Virus record (IMG/VR): IMGVR_UViG_3300010354_000077
Origin: a virus
Strand: one strand, 5' to 3'
Length of the DNA: 64,000 nucleotides
In this document: in pieces, positions 18,571-27,266 of the stretch
Layout: every line of letters starts with the position of its first letter
How positions within the stretch are numbered: position 1 is the first letter of the stretch
The notes under the pieces: generated by a model
Told to the model about the DNA's origin: nothing
What the model saw: only the letters and a program-made list of their open reading frames with translations
Databases searched by the model: none
Made by a program: the position numbers and the translations under genes

Positions 18571-19584
18571 ATGGAAATAGAATATATCAAAGAAAACCAC
18601 ATTCGAAATATTGTCGAATATTGCAACCTTATGGAATCCAAAGGCGTTTTGGAGGAAGCAGAATATAAGGGGAAAAAAGTGACCCTAAACAAACCCATGA
18701 GGGGGGATGTAAAGAAATACAAAGTCTTTGTAAAAAACCCAAAAACAGGTAAGGTGATAAAGGTTAATTTTGGGGACAAGAACATGGAAATCCGCCGTGA
18801 CAATCCAGAGAGGAGAAAGAGCTTCAGGGCGCGACATAAATGCGAAACAAGAAACGATAGGACAAAAGCCAGTTATTGGAGTTGCAAATTCTGGAGCAGA
18901 AAACCTGTGAGTGATTTGTTGGAGGATGAAAACCTGCTTACAGAAAAAATACTTTTAAATAAAGTCGGATTTAACAAATACGCTGAATTGGTGGCAGATG
19001 CTTATGAAGAGGCACCTGTTTTTGAACAGGAAGCAGTAAAACATTATGAAGCACTTAGGGCATCAAATAACGTCCTTTGGCAGAGGTTATTAAGTAAAGT
19101 AGATGTAGTTTTTGTTTCAGAGTTTGAAAATGAAGCTGGAAGAAAAATTAAAATTGGTTCGAATGTATATGTAGTCGAATTTATGAATCAGCCTTATAAT
19201 TCTGCTGAAGAGATGACTGCAAAGTTCAATGAAACGGGCAGACTTTATATTTCAGTTGACTATTCGAGTCATCCATTTTTCAATGAAATAGAGAATATTA
19301 TGTTCAGGACAATACATGATTACATTGTACACATTCTAGGTAAGAAAACTTTTGGGGTGGACGGCGAAATTAAAGCATATAATCTTCACGCTAAATTAGC
19401 TCCTGACATGGCAAAACCTGCTCTTTTTACAGAAGTGGTTGGACAAGCTGCTTATTTTGTAACGCGAGGCAAGTTTCCTACACAAAAAGTAGCCGTCCTT
19501 AACGGTTTCGATTATGATAATGTAGGATATGTGGAAGGATGGCGAATAGAAAATAAAGAGTTGGTGAAGAATGATGATGAATAA
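18571..19584 (+). CDS. Hypothetical protein
   Basis: 337-aa ORF followed by a strong terminator. Confidence 0.5.
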   Translation: MEIEYIKENHIRNIVEYCNLMESKGVLEEAEYKGKKVTLNKPMRGDVKKYKVFVKNPKTGKVIKVNFGDKNMEIRRDNPERRKSFRARHKCETRNDRTKASYWSCKFWSRKPVSDLLEDENLLTEKILLNKVGFNKYAELVADAYEEAPVFEQEAVKHYEALRASNNVLWQRLLSKVDVVFVSEFENEAGRKIKIGSNVYVVEFMNQPYNSAEEMTAKFNETGRLYISVDYSSHPFFNEIENIMFRTIHDYIVHILGKKTFGVDGEIKAYNLHAKLAPDMAKPALFTEVVGQAAYFVTRGKFPTQKVAVLNGFDYDNVGYVEGWRIENKELVKNDDE

Positions 19585-19590
19585 TAATCC

Positions 19591-19621
19591 AAAACCGCTA
19601 AAAAAATTTAGCGGTTTTTTT
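19591..19621 (+). terminator. Rho-independent terminator: perfect 12-bp stem AAAACCGCTAAA / TTTAGCGGTTTT plus T-run
   Basis: aaaaccgctaaaaaaatttagcggttttttttatg. Confidence 0.7.
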
Positions 19622-19632
19622 ATGTAAAAATA

Positions 19633-19662
19633 TTTGCATATTCGATTAATCTCCGTATCTTT
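19633..19662 (+). promoter_or_regulatory. Bacteroidetes-type promoter: TTG ... TAtcTTTG
   Basis: tatttgcatattcgattaatctccgtatctttgcag lies about 20 nt upstream of the ATG at 19681. Confidence 0.5.
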
Positions 19663-19680
19663 GCAGTGAAAAAAAAAGAT

Positions 19681-20340
19681 ATGGTTACAAAAAAAATACT
19701 CTTCAAGACAATTGTCGGGTCAACCGCTTATGGTTGTGACATTACTGGTTCTGACACGGACCTTAAATTTGTTTATGCACAGCCGAATGATGATGTTCTT
19801 GGTTATAATTACGTCCCTAACATTGTCTTAGACAAAGACTCCACAGGTTACGAAATCAGGGAATTTATTCGGCTTTTATCCAAAGGTTCTCCGACAATGC
19901 TTGAAATGATTTTTGCACCGCAATTTTGTGTCCTCGAATTGCATCCAGCGTTTAATTTGCTTTTGGATAACGCTGACAAGTTCTTAACAAAGAGAACAAA
20001 AAATGCTTATATAGGATTTTGCAAGCAAGCCATTTCAGATATAGAAAAAGAGAAAAAAAATCAAAACAAAACTCTTTATCACGTAAGGAGACTTATTGAT
20101 AGTGCCATAGAAATCGCCGTCCACCAAACCCTCACAGTTTATAATAGTAACAACAATCAATATTTGAGAGATATTCGTCTTGGATATGTGGGGTTGGACG
20201 GCGTTTTGGAATCAGCAAAAAAGGATTTGGGTTTGATAGATGAGCTATATGAAAAAAGCAATCTCCCAGAAGACGTTGACAAAGACTTTATGCAATGGCT
20301 TTTAATTGAAACAAGAAATAAAATTAATTGGAATGAATAA
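19681..20340 (+). CDS. Pol-beta-superfamily nucleotidyltransferase
   Basis: GSTAYGCDITGSDTDL fits the h-G-S-x(9-13)-D-x-D NTase motif. The ORF track starts at GTG 19666; the ATG at 19681 is favoured by promoter position. Confidence 0.5.
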   Translation: MVTKKILFKTIVGSTAYGCDITGSDTDLKFVYAQPNDDVLGYNYVPNIVLDKDSTGYEIREFIRLLSKGSPTMLEMIFAPQFCVLELHPAFNLLLDNADKFLTKRTKNAYIGFCKQAISDIEKEKKNQNKTLYHVRRLIDSAIEIAVHQTLTVYNSNNNQYLRDIRLGYVGLDGVLESAKKDLGLIDELYEKSNLPEDVDKDFMQWLLIETRNKINWNE

Positions 20341-21415
20341 AAACACAAATCTTGAACAAGACTATCTCCAGCTTTTGGAAGATATTGTTAAATACGGTGT
20401 CAGCAAGGATGACCGTACTGGAACTGGAACAAAGTCTTTATTTGGCCGTCAGTTGCGACATAATATGTCAAACGGCTTCCCGCTCCTTACCACAAAGAAA
20501 ATGGCTTGGAGGGCCGTTGTGACAGAACTGCTATGGTTTCTCCGTGGAGATACAAGCATAAAGTATCTGAAAGAGAATAATTGTAATATTTGGGATGGCG
20601 ATTGCTGGAAGGCGTATCAAAAACACCTATCACTTTTAGATGAAAAAGGATATTCGACAGTTTTTGAATATTATAAACTCGAAAGTAAAGAAGAATTTTT
20701 TGAAAGACTTGTTAAAGATGAAGAGTTTGGGTGGATGTTTGGTGAATTTGGTCCTATTTATGGTGAACAATACCGTAATTGGACTACTGAAGATGGTGAT
20801 ACTGGGATAGACCAAATACAATGGCTGATAGATCAAATTAAAACTAATCCAGATAGCAGACGTTTGCTTGTAAATGTTTGGAATGTTGGAGACCTTCATA
20901 AAATGGTTTTGCCTCCATGCCATTATAGTTTTCAAGTTTATACGAGAGAGTTGAGTTTACATGAGAGAGTAAAACTTTACGGATTAGAAAAAATAAACAC
21001 TACTGATAATGGTTATTATGAACAAGAATATGCTCGTTTTAAAGTTGATGAACATAACATCCCAACAAGAGCAATTTCTTTGATGTTCAATATGCGCTCT
21101 TCAGATGCTCCTTTGGGACTGCCATTTAATTTGGCGTCTTATGGTCTTCTACTTGAAATATTTGGTAGGATGGTAAATATGGTTCCTGATGAATTGATTG
21201 CTAATTTAGGTGATGTACACGTGTATAATAATCAGGTGGACGGCGTTTATGAGCAAATAAGCAGGACTCCCTACCAATTCCCAAAACTGGTTATGGATAC
21301 TACTTTAAATTTCAATAGTAGTCTTGATGCTTTTTTAGCTACTGCGACACCAAAGAGTTTCAATATCGAGGGCTATGAATCACATCCAACTGTTAAATAT
21401 CCTCTCTCTAATTGA
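20306..21415 (+). CDS. thyA: Thymidylate synthase (ThyA family) with two ~40-aa insertions relative to canonical enzymes
   Basis: DRTGTGT, FPLLTTKK, ELLWFLRGDT, DSRRLL and the catalytic LPPCH...FQVY. One motif copy lies inside a conserved segment (NNQVDGVYEQ) without changing length. Confidence 0.8.
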   Translation: MKQEIKLIGMNKNTNLEQDYLQLLEDIVKYGVSKDDRTGTGTKSLFGRQLRHNMSNGFPLLTTKKMAWRAVVTELLWFLRGDTSIKYLKENNCNIWDGDCWKAYQKHLSLLDEKGYSTVFEYYKLESKEEFFERLVKDEEFGWMFGEFGPIYGEQYRNWTTEDGDTGIDQIQWLIDQIKTNPDSRRLLVNVWNVGDLHKMVLPPCHYSFQVYTRELSLHERVKLYGLEKINTTDNGYYEQEYARFKVDEHNIPTRAISLMFNMRSSDAPLGLPFNLASYGLLLEIFGRMVNMVPDELIANLGDVHVYNNQVDGVYEQISRTPYQFPKLVMDTTLNFNSSLDAFLATATPKSFNIEGYESHPTVKYPLSN

Positions 21416-21614
21416 TATGGTAAAGGTTCATTTTTATATCGACGGGAAATTCAGTAAAGAGATTGAGTTTCCCATGCTACCTAGAATAGGAGACTGGGTG
21501 AAATTTGGAGATAAGGTCTTGAGGGTTGAAAGCGTTCAATTTATGATTGATTCTCCGAAAAAAGGATTTAATTTTGTGGAAATATTCTTAACTAAAATAA
21601 ACAAAAATGAGTGA
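21375..21614 (+). CDS. Small hypothetical protein
   Basis: 79-aa ORF overlapping the thyA end. Confidence 0.3.
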   Translation: MNHIQLLNILSLIDMVKVHFYIDGKFSKEIEFPMLPRIGDWVKFGDKVLRVESVQFMIDSPKKGFNFVEIFLTKINKNE

Positions 21615-22431
21615 AAAAGACAAGGCTTTACGTTACAACAGTGGCAAACAAAGACCAGACCTCCTTCATCCAAAGGCTATAGAAGGATTGGTTGGTGTTA
21701 TGACTGAAGGAGCGCAAACATACGCTCCGAGAAATTGGGAAAGTGGTTTCTCATGGACTTCTGTAATTGCATCTCTAAAACGTCATCTTCAGGCTTTTGA
21801 AGATTGTGTTGACTATGATTTAAAGTCAGGCAAATTACATATTGACCATTTGGCAGCGAATGTGCATTTTCTAAGCGCTTTTTATTCTACATACCCCGAA
21901 GGAGATGATAGGGTAGGACATTGGTTTAGAAAACCCTTAAAGAAAGTTTTTTGTGATTTGGACGGCGTTTTGGTAGATTTTGAACAGCATTTTTTGTCGT
22001 ATCTTGGTTTGCCAACACACCACCCCACCGATTGGGATGATTACAGGTTCAGGGAAAACTACCATAAAGTGATGGAGGACAAAGAATTTTGGCTTTCTGC
22101 TCCCAAATTGATTGAACCAGAGCAAATCACATACCCTATTAGTGGTTATGTTACATCCCGTTCGATAGACTTGGAGATTACAAAAGAGTGGTTGAGACAA
22201 AACGGATTTCCGCTAAAGACATTGGTTGATGTGGGTTCTGGAAATTCAAAGGTTGAGACATTGAAAGAGTTGGGTTGCGATGTTTTCGTTGATGATTATA
22301 TCGTTAATTTTATGGATTGCCAACGGGAAGGAATATTGTGTTACTTAATGACCAGACCACACAATGAAAAATATAATGTCGGCCATTTTAGGGTCGAAAA
22401 TTTTGACGAATTTATTAAAAGACTTCTTTGA
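21607..22431 (+). CDS. Fusion of a dATP/dGTP-diphosphohydrolase-like N-domain and a HAD-family 5'(3')-deoxyribonucleotidase
   Basis: N-terminus LRYNSGKQRPDLL...YAPRNWESG; C-terminus KKVFCDLDGVLVDF (HAD motif I, DxDGV). Confidence 0.45.
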   Translation: MSEKDKALRYNSGKQRPDLLHPKAIEGLVGVMTEGAQTYAPRNWESGFSWTSVIASLKRHLQAFEDCVDYDLKSGKLHIDHLAANVHFLSAFYSTYPEGDDRVGHWFRKPLKKVFCDLDGVLVDFEQHFLSYLGLPTHHPTDWDDYRFRENYHKVMEDKEFWLSAPKLIEPEQITYPISGYVTSRSIDLEITKEWLRQNGFPLKTLVDVGSGNSKVETLKELGCDVFVDDYIVNFMDCQREGILCYLMTRPHNEKYNVGHFRVENFDEFIKRLL

Positions 22432-22661
22432 CTATGAAAATCAAATCTTTAAATTTTATCGAGTCCAAAAGATTGCCAAATCTAATTGTCGCAACGGGTG
22501 CAAATTCTACCTATTGGATTAAAAATAAACCAGATAACGGAGAATATGAATATGGTGAATTGAAAAACTACCCTTATGGCCGTGCATCTACCATAGAAGA
22601 AGCAAAACAAAACCTCCAAAAAATTCACGAACAAAACCTGATAGAAAATTTTTTAGAATGA
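22428..22661 (+). CDS. Small hypothetical protein
   Basis: 77 aa, translationally coupled. Confidence 0.35.
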   Translation: MTMKIKSLNFIESKRLPNLIVATGANSTYWIKNKPDNGEYEYGELKNYPYGRASTIEEAKQNLQKIHEQNLIENFLE

Positions 22662-22858
22662 AAGAATTTTTAAATTTCGCCGTCCAAATCCTCATCATCT
22701 TTGGTATAGGGTATTTGTCTTGGATGCTTCTGCCGATTGTCGCAAATATTGTTTCGATTGTTTTGGTGGTAATTTTGATATTTTATATCATCTCCCTTTT
22801 TCGCCGTCCAATCATCCAATTCGATGTTTTCTCTTGGCTACAAAAAAGAGTAAAATAA
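22658..22858 (+). CDS. Small two-TM membrane protein
   Basis: 66 aa, hydrophobic, with two motif copies in frame. Confidence 0.4.
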   Translation: MKEFLNFAVQILIIFGIGYLSWMLLPIVANIVSIVLVVILIFYIISLFRRPIIQFDVFSWLQKRVK

Positions 22859-22869
22859 CCAACCACAAA

Positions 22870-22897
22870 AACGCTGTCAATTCGACGGCGTTTTTTT
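22870..22897 (+). terminator. Hairpin built from a degenerate copy of the dispersed motif, plus T7
   Basis: aacgctgtcaattcgacggcgttttttt. Confidence 0.55.
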
Positions 22898-22934
22898 GTT
22901 TATTCTAATATTTATAATAAAAAAAAGATAGATT

Positions 22935-23456
22935 ATGGCACTAAACATTCAAGGAACTTTTGAAACGAATGAAGGCTTGCAGGTAACTGACCTCTTCGCG
23001 TTTCTTTTCTTTTCATTCGACCGTTATCGCACTGGTATCAGCGTTCAATACTTCAAAAGTCTTGATGCTTTTAACAGCGGTAAAGATTACATCAATGTAA
23101 CGCTCCCAAAACAATTCACCCTCAATGTTACTCCCGACGAGTTTATTAACGGTAATGTTGTTCTTATGGGGCACAATCAGGTAATTGCCGCTATTTTGGC
23201 TGCAAACCCAAATGCAACTGCTGAAATCGTTACAGAGATTGCACCTGTTCCTCCCCCACCTCCTCCACCAGTTGAACCAGAGGTTGTAAGCCCAGAGGTT
23301 ATTGAACCAGAGGTTGTAAGCCCAGAGGTTATTGAACCAGAGGTTGTAATCCCAGAGGTTGTTGAACCACCTGTTGATCCCACGGTAACAGAACCAGAGG
23401 TTGTAAACCCAGAGGTTGTTGAACCACCTGCTGATACAGTTTCAGACCCACAGTAA
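22935..23456 (+). CDS. Protein with poly-Pro and ([10 protein letters not shown])n repeats
   Basis: PPPPPPP followed by 30-bp tandem DNA repeats (23270-23430) encoding PEVV repeats. Confidence 0.5.
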   Translation: MALNIQGTFETNEGLQVTDLFAFLFFSFDRYRTGISVQYFKSLDAFNSGKDYINVTLPKQFTLNVTPDEFINGNVVLMGHNQVIAAILAANPNATAEIVTEIAPVPPPPPPPVEPEVVSPEVIEPEVVSPEVIEPEVVIPEVVEPPVDPTVTEPEVVNPEVVEPPADTVSDPQ

Positions 23457-23468
23457 ATTTTTGTTTTA

Positions 23469-23505
23469 AGATGGACGGCGGATTTTAATTTTTCGCCGTC
23501 CATTT
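23469..23505 (+). terminator. Inverted pair of the dispersed motif forming a perfect 10-bp hairpin, ATGGACGGCG-(13 nt)-CGCCGTCCAT
   Basis: atggacggcggattttaatttttcgccgtccat lies between the stop at 23456 and the start at 23532. Confidence 0.6.
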
Positions 23506-23531
23506 CCTTACCTTAACCATCTCTCTTCTAC

Positions 23532-24218
23532 ATGAATAAAAAAAATTTCTTATCGGAAACCATTGAACAGATTTTGTTTGAAATGGATTACAGTGAAGCC
23601 TTGCGCGTGTTTCAACAATACGGCAATGTGGATGCTGGAAGTTTGTCGAAAGATGAATTGAAGAAAATATATAGGAACCTAAGCGTGAAATATCATCCCG
23701 ACAAAAACCCAAACGGTGGAAAAATCTTCACAGATATTAATTCCGCTTATGAGATTTTAGGTAAAGGTAAACCTGCTGGGGGTGGAAGTGGTGATGCCAG
23801 TTATGATGAAGCGAGAAAAAAGAGAGATGACTTGAGACAGCAATTTGACAATCTTAGAAAAAAATACGCTGATGATTTCAAAAGTTACAGTAGAGAAGAC
23901 ATATATGACAGGATGAGACAGGAGAGAGAAGGTAGAAGCAGTTCACAACAAGGGGCAGAATTTAGTGAGCCTTCTTTTTCGCCGTCCACAGCATCCAAAA
24001 TAAAAAAATTCTTTGGATTAAGTCCTTATTCAAGAGAAGATAAAGAAGCATATAATGATTTTAAAAAACAGATAAAGGCAGAGGAACAAGCGTGGATTAA
24101 AACATATCGTTCTGGAAACTGGAATGCAGATTTGCAACAGAGATATGATGATTGGAAAAAGAATACTGCAATCGCTGAAAAAAAATATGCAGATTATTTC
24201 AAACAAAAATATGGATAA
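23532..24218 (+). CDS. DnaJ (J-domain) protein
   Basis: LSVKYHPDKNP...AYEIL (HPD motif), then a Gly-rich linker and a charged C-terminal region. Confidence 0.7.
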   Translation: MNKKNFLSETIEQILFEMDYSEALRVFQQYGNVDAGSLSKDELKKIYRNLSVKYHPDKNPNGGKIFTDINSAYEILGKGKPAGGGSGDASYDEARKKRDDLRQQFDNLRKKYADDFKSYSREDIYDRMRQEREGRSSSQQGAEFSEPSFSPSTASKIKKFFGLSPYSREDKEAYNDFKKQIKAEEQAWIKTYRSGNWNADLQQRYDDWKKNTAIAEKKYADYFKQKYG

Positions 24219-24717
24219 TAAATTCTTCTCAAAAAATATTAATAAAATTCTGTTGGAATCTGATAGTGACAATGTCGAGGATTTCAAAGAAGCCTTGTTA
24301 AATTTGGCAACTCTTGACCTGGAAGACGACCAAGTCAGGATTCCAAAGTTCGACGATGAAACAGATTCTTATATTTTCCAAGTAGGAAAAACTTATATCT
24401 ACGTTAGAAACAGAGAAGAATTGCCAAGCAGCGGCCCATTTGAGTTATTTCTTTTGGATGTAAACGATGAAGTTATCGGATTCATAAGGGGAACGAAAAA
24501 AGGTCACGAAATATCTTTTAATTTGGTTTATCTGGAGCCAGAAAGACGGGGTTGGGGTATCGGTTATGACATTTACGAATATTTTTTGAATAATGGGTAT
24601 ACGATAAAATCTGATAGCGAGATAACAGATGGAACATATAGTCTATATTTAAAGCTATTGAAAGCAGGTTTTAAACCGCTTGTTTTCGATGATGGAAGAG
24701 TTGGATTAACAAAATAA
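24211..24717 (+). CDS. GNAT-family N-acetyltransferase (ORF 24124..24717 trimmed to MDNKFF)
   Basis: ERRGWGIGYDIYEYF matches acetyl-CoA motif A (R-x-x-G-x-G). Confidence 0.5.
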   Translation: MDNKFFSKNINKILLESDSDNVEDFKEALLNLATLDLEDDQVRIPKFDDETDSYIFQVGKTYIYVRNREELPSSGPFELFLLDVNDEVIGFIRGTKKGHEISFNLVYLEPERRGWGIGYDIYEYFLNNGYTIKSDSEITDGTYSLYLKLLKAGFKPLVFDDGRVGLTK

Positions 24718-24729
24718 AAAAATATTTCC

Positions 24730-24737
24730 TATATTTG
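24730..24737 (+). promoter_or_regulatory. TAtaTTTG -7 box about 12 nt upstream of the tRNA 5' end
   Basis: cctatatttgcaacattacat|tgcgaga. Confidence 0.45.
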
Positions 24738-24748
24738 CAACATTACAT

Positions 24749-24819
24749 TGCGAGATGGAAAAGCGGTAATTCGTCAGGCTCATAACCTGAAGACGGTGGT
24801 TCGAGTCCACCTCTCGCCA
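24749..24819 (+). tRNA. tRNA with anticodon CAT (Met, or Ile2 if lysidinylated); no encoded CCA
   Basis: Hand-folded cloverleaf. Acceptor TGCGAGA/TCTCGCC (6 bp plus a 1:72 mismatch); D arm GAA-AAGCGGTAA-TTC; anticodon stem TCAGG/CCTGA with loop CTCATAA; variable loop AGAC; T arm GGTGG-TTCGAGT-CCACC; discriminator A. Confidence 0.65.
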
Positions 24820-24861
24820 CAACAAAAAACCAAGTCAAAAAAAGATTTGGTTTTTTTTATT

Positions 24862-24889
24862 TGGATTGTAGAAAAAAGTCGTATCTTTG
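24862..24889 (+). promoter_or_regulatory. Bacteroidetes-type promoter: TTG ... TAtcTTTG
   Basis: tttggattgtagaaaaaagtcgtatctttgcag. Confidence 0.5.
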
Positions 24890-24952
24890 CAGTATCAAAA
24901 TACACTGATGTGTATTTTGATGAAATTATTTTCAAACTCAAAACTTTTTACT

Positions 24953-25831
24953 ATGTTTCAAAACAAAATTTTCAAAGCAGTTCTTTACGGCGGACTTATT
25001 TTGGTGGTCGGTTATTTTCTTCTCCGAGTAACGATGTTCGCTTATGTAAAACCGAATCAGGTTGGCATTTGGATGACAAATGGTGGAATGAACGGTCAAA
25101 GTGATTATCAAATCTGGCAAGGTTTCTTTCCGATTGACATTACTCCCCTCACAAAATCCTTTGTTCTTCCAGCACAATCTTATTCTGTTGACCTCGACAA
25201 AGCAGTTGTTCTTTCCAAGGAAAACGGTGAATGGACGGTTGATCCACAATTTACCTTCTCTTTGGACAGGTCACAAGCCGTGACCGTTTGTCACAGGTTC
25301 AATTCTTTCGTTGACAATGATGATGACGAAGTTTTTCTTAAATCGGTTGGAACTTATATTCTTACCCCGATTATCAGAAATTCTTTTACGGAAATTATTG
25401 GCTCACTGAAAGATACTGTGATGATGGACAACAAAGTCCTCGTTCAAAGAATGCTTGAAGATAGTGTAAGAGTTGCTTTTAATCGCGTTGGATTCAGGTT
25501 GGAAAATTTTGTTACGGGAATTACGCCCCCACAAAGCATTCTTGCCACCAACCAAGCCAAAAATCAAGCCCTTCAAGCTGTTTATGCTGCTAAAGCAGAT
25601 GTTGAAAAGGCAAATGCGCAAGCTGTTGTAAAGATAGCAACGGCACGTGCAGATGCTGAAGCGATGCTGGTAACAGCGAGAGCTGACGCAGAAGCCAGAA
25701 GGCTGAAACAACAAACCCTTAGTCCACTGCTTATTCAGGCAATGTGGATTGACAGGTGGGATGGTAAGGTGTCACAAAATAATTTTGGAAATGCTAACCT
25801 GATGTTTCAAATGCCTATAACCAATCAGTAA
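24953..25831 (+). CDS. SPFH/band-7 (stomatin/prohibitin-like) membrane protein (ORF 24887.. trimmed to MFQNKIF)
   Basis: N-terminal TM helix; SPFH-like core ...ENFVTGITPPQSILATNQAKNQA...; C-terminal Ala-rich coiled coil. Confidence 0.55.
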   Translation: MFQNKIFKAVLYGGLILVVGYFLLRVTMFAYVKPNQVGIWMTNGGMNGQSDYQIWQGFFPIDITPLTKSFVLPAQSYSVDLDKAVVLSKENGEWTVDPQFTFSLDRSQAVTVCHRFNSFVDNDDDEVFLKSVGTYILTPIIRNSFTEIIGSLKDTVMMDNKVLVQRMLEDSVRVAFNRVGFRLENFVTGITPPQSILATNQAKNQALQAVYAAKADVEKANAQAVVKIATARADAEAMLVTARADAEARRLKQQTLSPLLIQAMWIDRWDGKVSQNNFGNANLMFQMPITNQ

Positions 25832-25867
25832 AAAAAAGTTTTATTAATTGGTTTTGTAGTTTGGTGA

Positions 25868-25921
25868 TGTGGACGGCGGATTCTTGTTTTTTTCGCCGTC
25901 CACCCCAAATTTCGCCGTCCA
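25868..25921 (+). terminator. Inverted motif pair forming a 10-bp hairpin, GTGGACGGCG-(15 nt, T-rich)-CGCCGTCCAC, plus a third direct motif copy 8 nt downstream
   Basis: gtggacggcggattcttgtttttttcgccgtccaccccaaatttcgccgtccacccc lies between the stop at 25831 and the probable start at 25947. Confidence 0.6.
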
Positions 25922-25946
25922 CCCCACACAAAATAACTACACATAT

Positions 25947-26396
25947 ATGCAAGAAAGATTCAAGATAGGAGACCAAGTCTATAAACCAAAAGGGTACCAA
26001 TTCGATGGAACGATAGTATCAGTATTTAAAAATCTGAAAGGTGAAACAAGATTGGTTGCTGAAATGGATGGCAACGGAATGCTGCACATCTTCAATGAAA
26101 ACCAGTTGGAACTTGCCGCTTACAAAACCCCCACAGACATAATTTTACAAAATGAGTGGGAATGGAAGGGGCACAAATATAATTCAACATATAGCTCACC
26201 GATTCACATTTATACGAAAAAGATAAGGAAAAAGGTTTGCGTGTTGGAATACGATAGCGGTGAGAATATTCTCACGGGATATACGATGACAGACAAAACG
26301 GTTTATACCGAAGGTGGAGCACTTGAACAAAAGTTCTCATTCAAGTCCTTTAACCAGCAAGTTTTGTACGATTTGGAATTAAATACCAACTGGTAA
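25947..26396 (+). CDS. Hypothetical protein (ORF 25869.. trimmed to MQERFKIG)
   Basis: The ORF's 5' part is the motif hairpin region. Confidence 0.45.
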   Translation: MQERFKIGDQVYKPKGYQFDGTIVSVFKNLKGETRLVAEMDGNGMLHIFNENQLELAAYKTPTDIILQNEWEWKGHKYNSTYSSPIHIYTKKIRKKVCVLEYDSGENILTGYTMTDKTVYTEGGALEQKFSFKSFNQQVLYDLELNTNW

Positions 26397-26423
26397 ACAT
26401 ATTTATATATAAAAAAACTACTT

Positions 26424-26951
26424 ATGGCAGAAAAATTAACTATGCCGATTTCTCCCAAACTCTTGGGTAAAGAATCGGTTACAGTGCTTAACAACAGAAT
26501 AGCAGACGAATTTGTAGCACACTACTTCTATATGAACGCAGCAAACTGGTGCAACGGTGTTGGTTTTCAAAATGCTGCAAAATTCTTTCAAGCAGAGAGT
26601 GATAACGAACTGGCCCATGCAAAGGGATTGCAGGATTATTTGGTGGGGTGGAATGTTGACCCAATAATTCCACAGGTGAAGACGGAATATAAAATCACTT
26701 CTTTGGTGGGGATTATTAACGAGGCATACAATCTCGAATACGACCTTTTGCAAAAATATATGCAGGGCAGTGAACTGCTTATGGGTAAGGATTTGGCGAC
26801 CTTCGACTTCCTGCAAGGATACCGCCAGATACAGAATGATTCCGTAAAAGAATATGCAGACTTGCTTAATGTTCTTGAAATGCTTAACCTTGGTGAAGGA
26901 GATTATAACTATAAGGTTATTTATTTTGAAAACAATTATTTGAAAGGATGA
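26424..26951 (+). CDS. Ferritin (non-haem ferritin/FtnA-like)
   Basis: Aligns by eye with bacterial FtnA: LNNRIADEFVAHYFYMNAANWC...AAKFFQAESDNELAHAKGLQDYL...DFLQGY, with the ferroxidase E / ExxH residues present. Confidence 0.75.
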   Translation: MAEKLTMPISPKLLGKESVTVLNNRIADEFVAHYFYMNAANWCNGVGFQNAAKFFQAESDNELAHAKGLQDYLVGWNVDPIIPQVKTEYKITSLVGIINEAYNLEYDLLQKYMQGSELLMGKDLATFDFLQGYRQIQNDSVKEYADLLNVLEMLNLGEGDYNYKVIYFENNYLKG

Positions 26952-27178
26952 AGAAAGTAAAACTATCAGAATTTATCGCAAAACAATTGGCAGGAGGCCA
27001 CGAAGACCATGAAGTGGCTATGGCAAGGCAATCTTTGGAAGCAATCATCAAAAATGCAAATGAGCTTTTGGAAAAGATTGGGATGAATGAAAAAGACATT
27101 CCTGGGTGGGTCCAAGGGCACATTACCGTTGCAGATGAAAACCTCCAACACGCCAATCAAGGTTATCACGAACTCTAA
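26948..27178 (+). CDS. Small hypothetical protein
   Basis: 76 aa, coupled to the ferritin gene and followed by a terminator. Confidence 0.4.
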   Translation: MKKVKLSEFIAKQLAGGHEDHEVAMARQSLEAIIKNANELLEKIGMNEKDIPGWVQGHITVADENLQHANQGYHEL

Positions 27179-27222
27179 AAAAAATCCCGTAAGTTTTCTT
27201 GCGGGATTTTTTTTATTTTTTC
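27177..27222. terminator. Bidirectional rho-independent terminator: A-run, ATCCCGt / gCGGGAT stem, T-run
   Basis: aaaaaaatcccgtaagttttcttgcgggattttttttatttttt. Confidence 0.75.
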
Positions 27223-27223
27223 C

Positions 27224-27231
27224 TATATTTG
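27224..27231 (+). promoter_or_regulatory. TAtaTTTG -7 box 36 nt upstream of the 27267 start
   Basis: tcctatatttgaacc. Confidence 0.45.
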
Positions 27232-27266
27232 AACCATAAAGCGCGGTCATTAAAAATGACATTATT

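Noticed and set aside
24748-25104. Listed ORF 24748..25104 (118 aa) and 24887..25831 N-terminal extension.
   Set aside because: The first spans the tRNA and a promoter. The SPFH gene most plausibly starts at the ATG at 24953, downstream of the TAtcTTTG box at 24882, so the upstream parts are non-coding.
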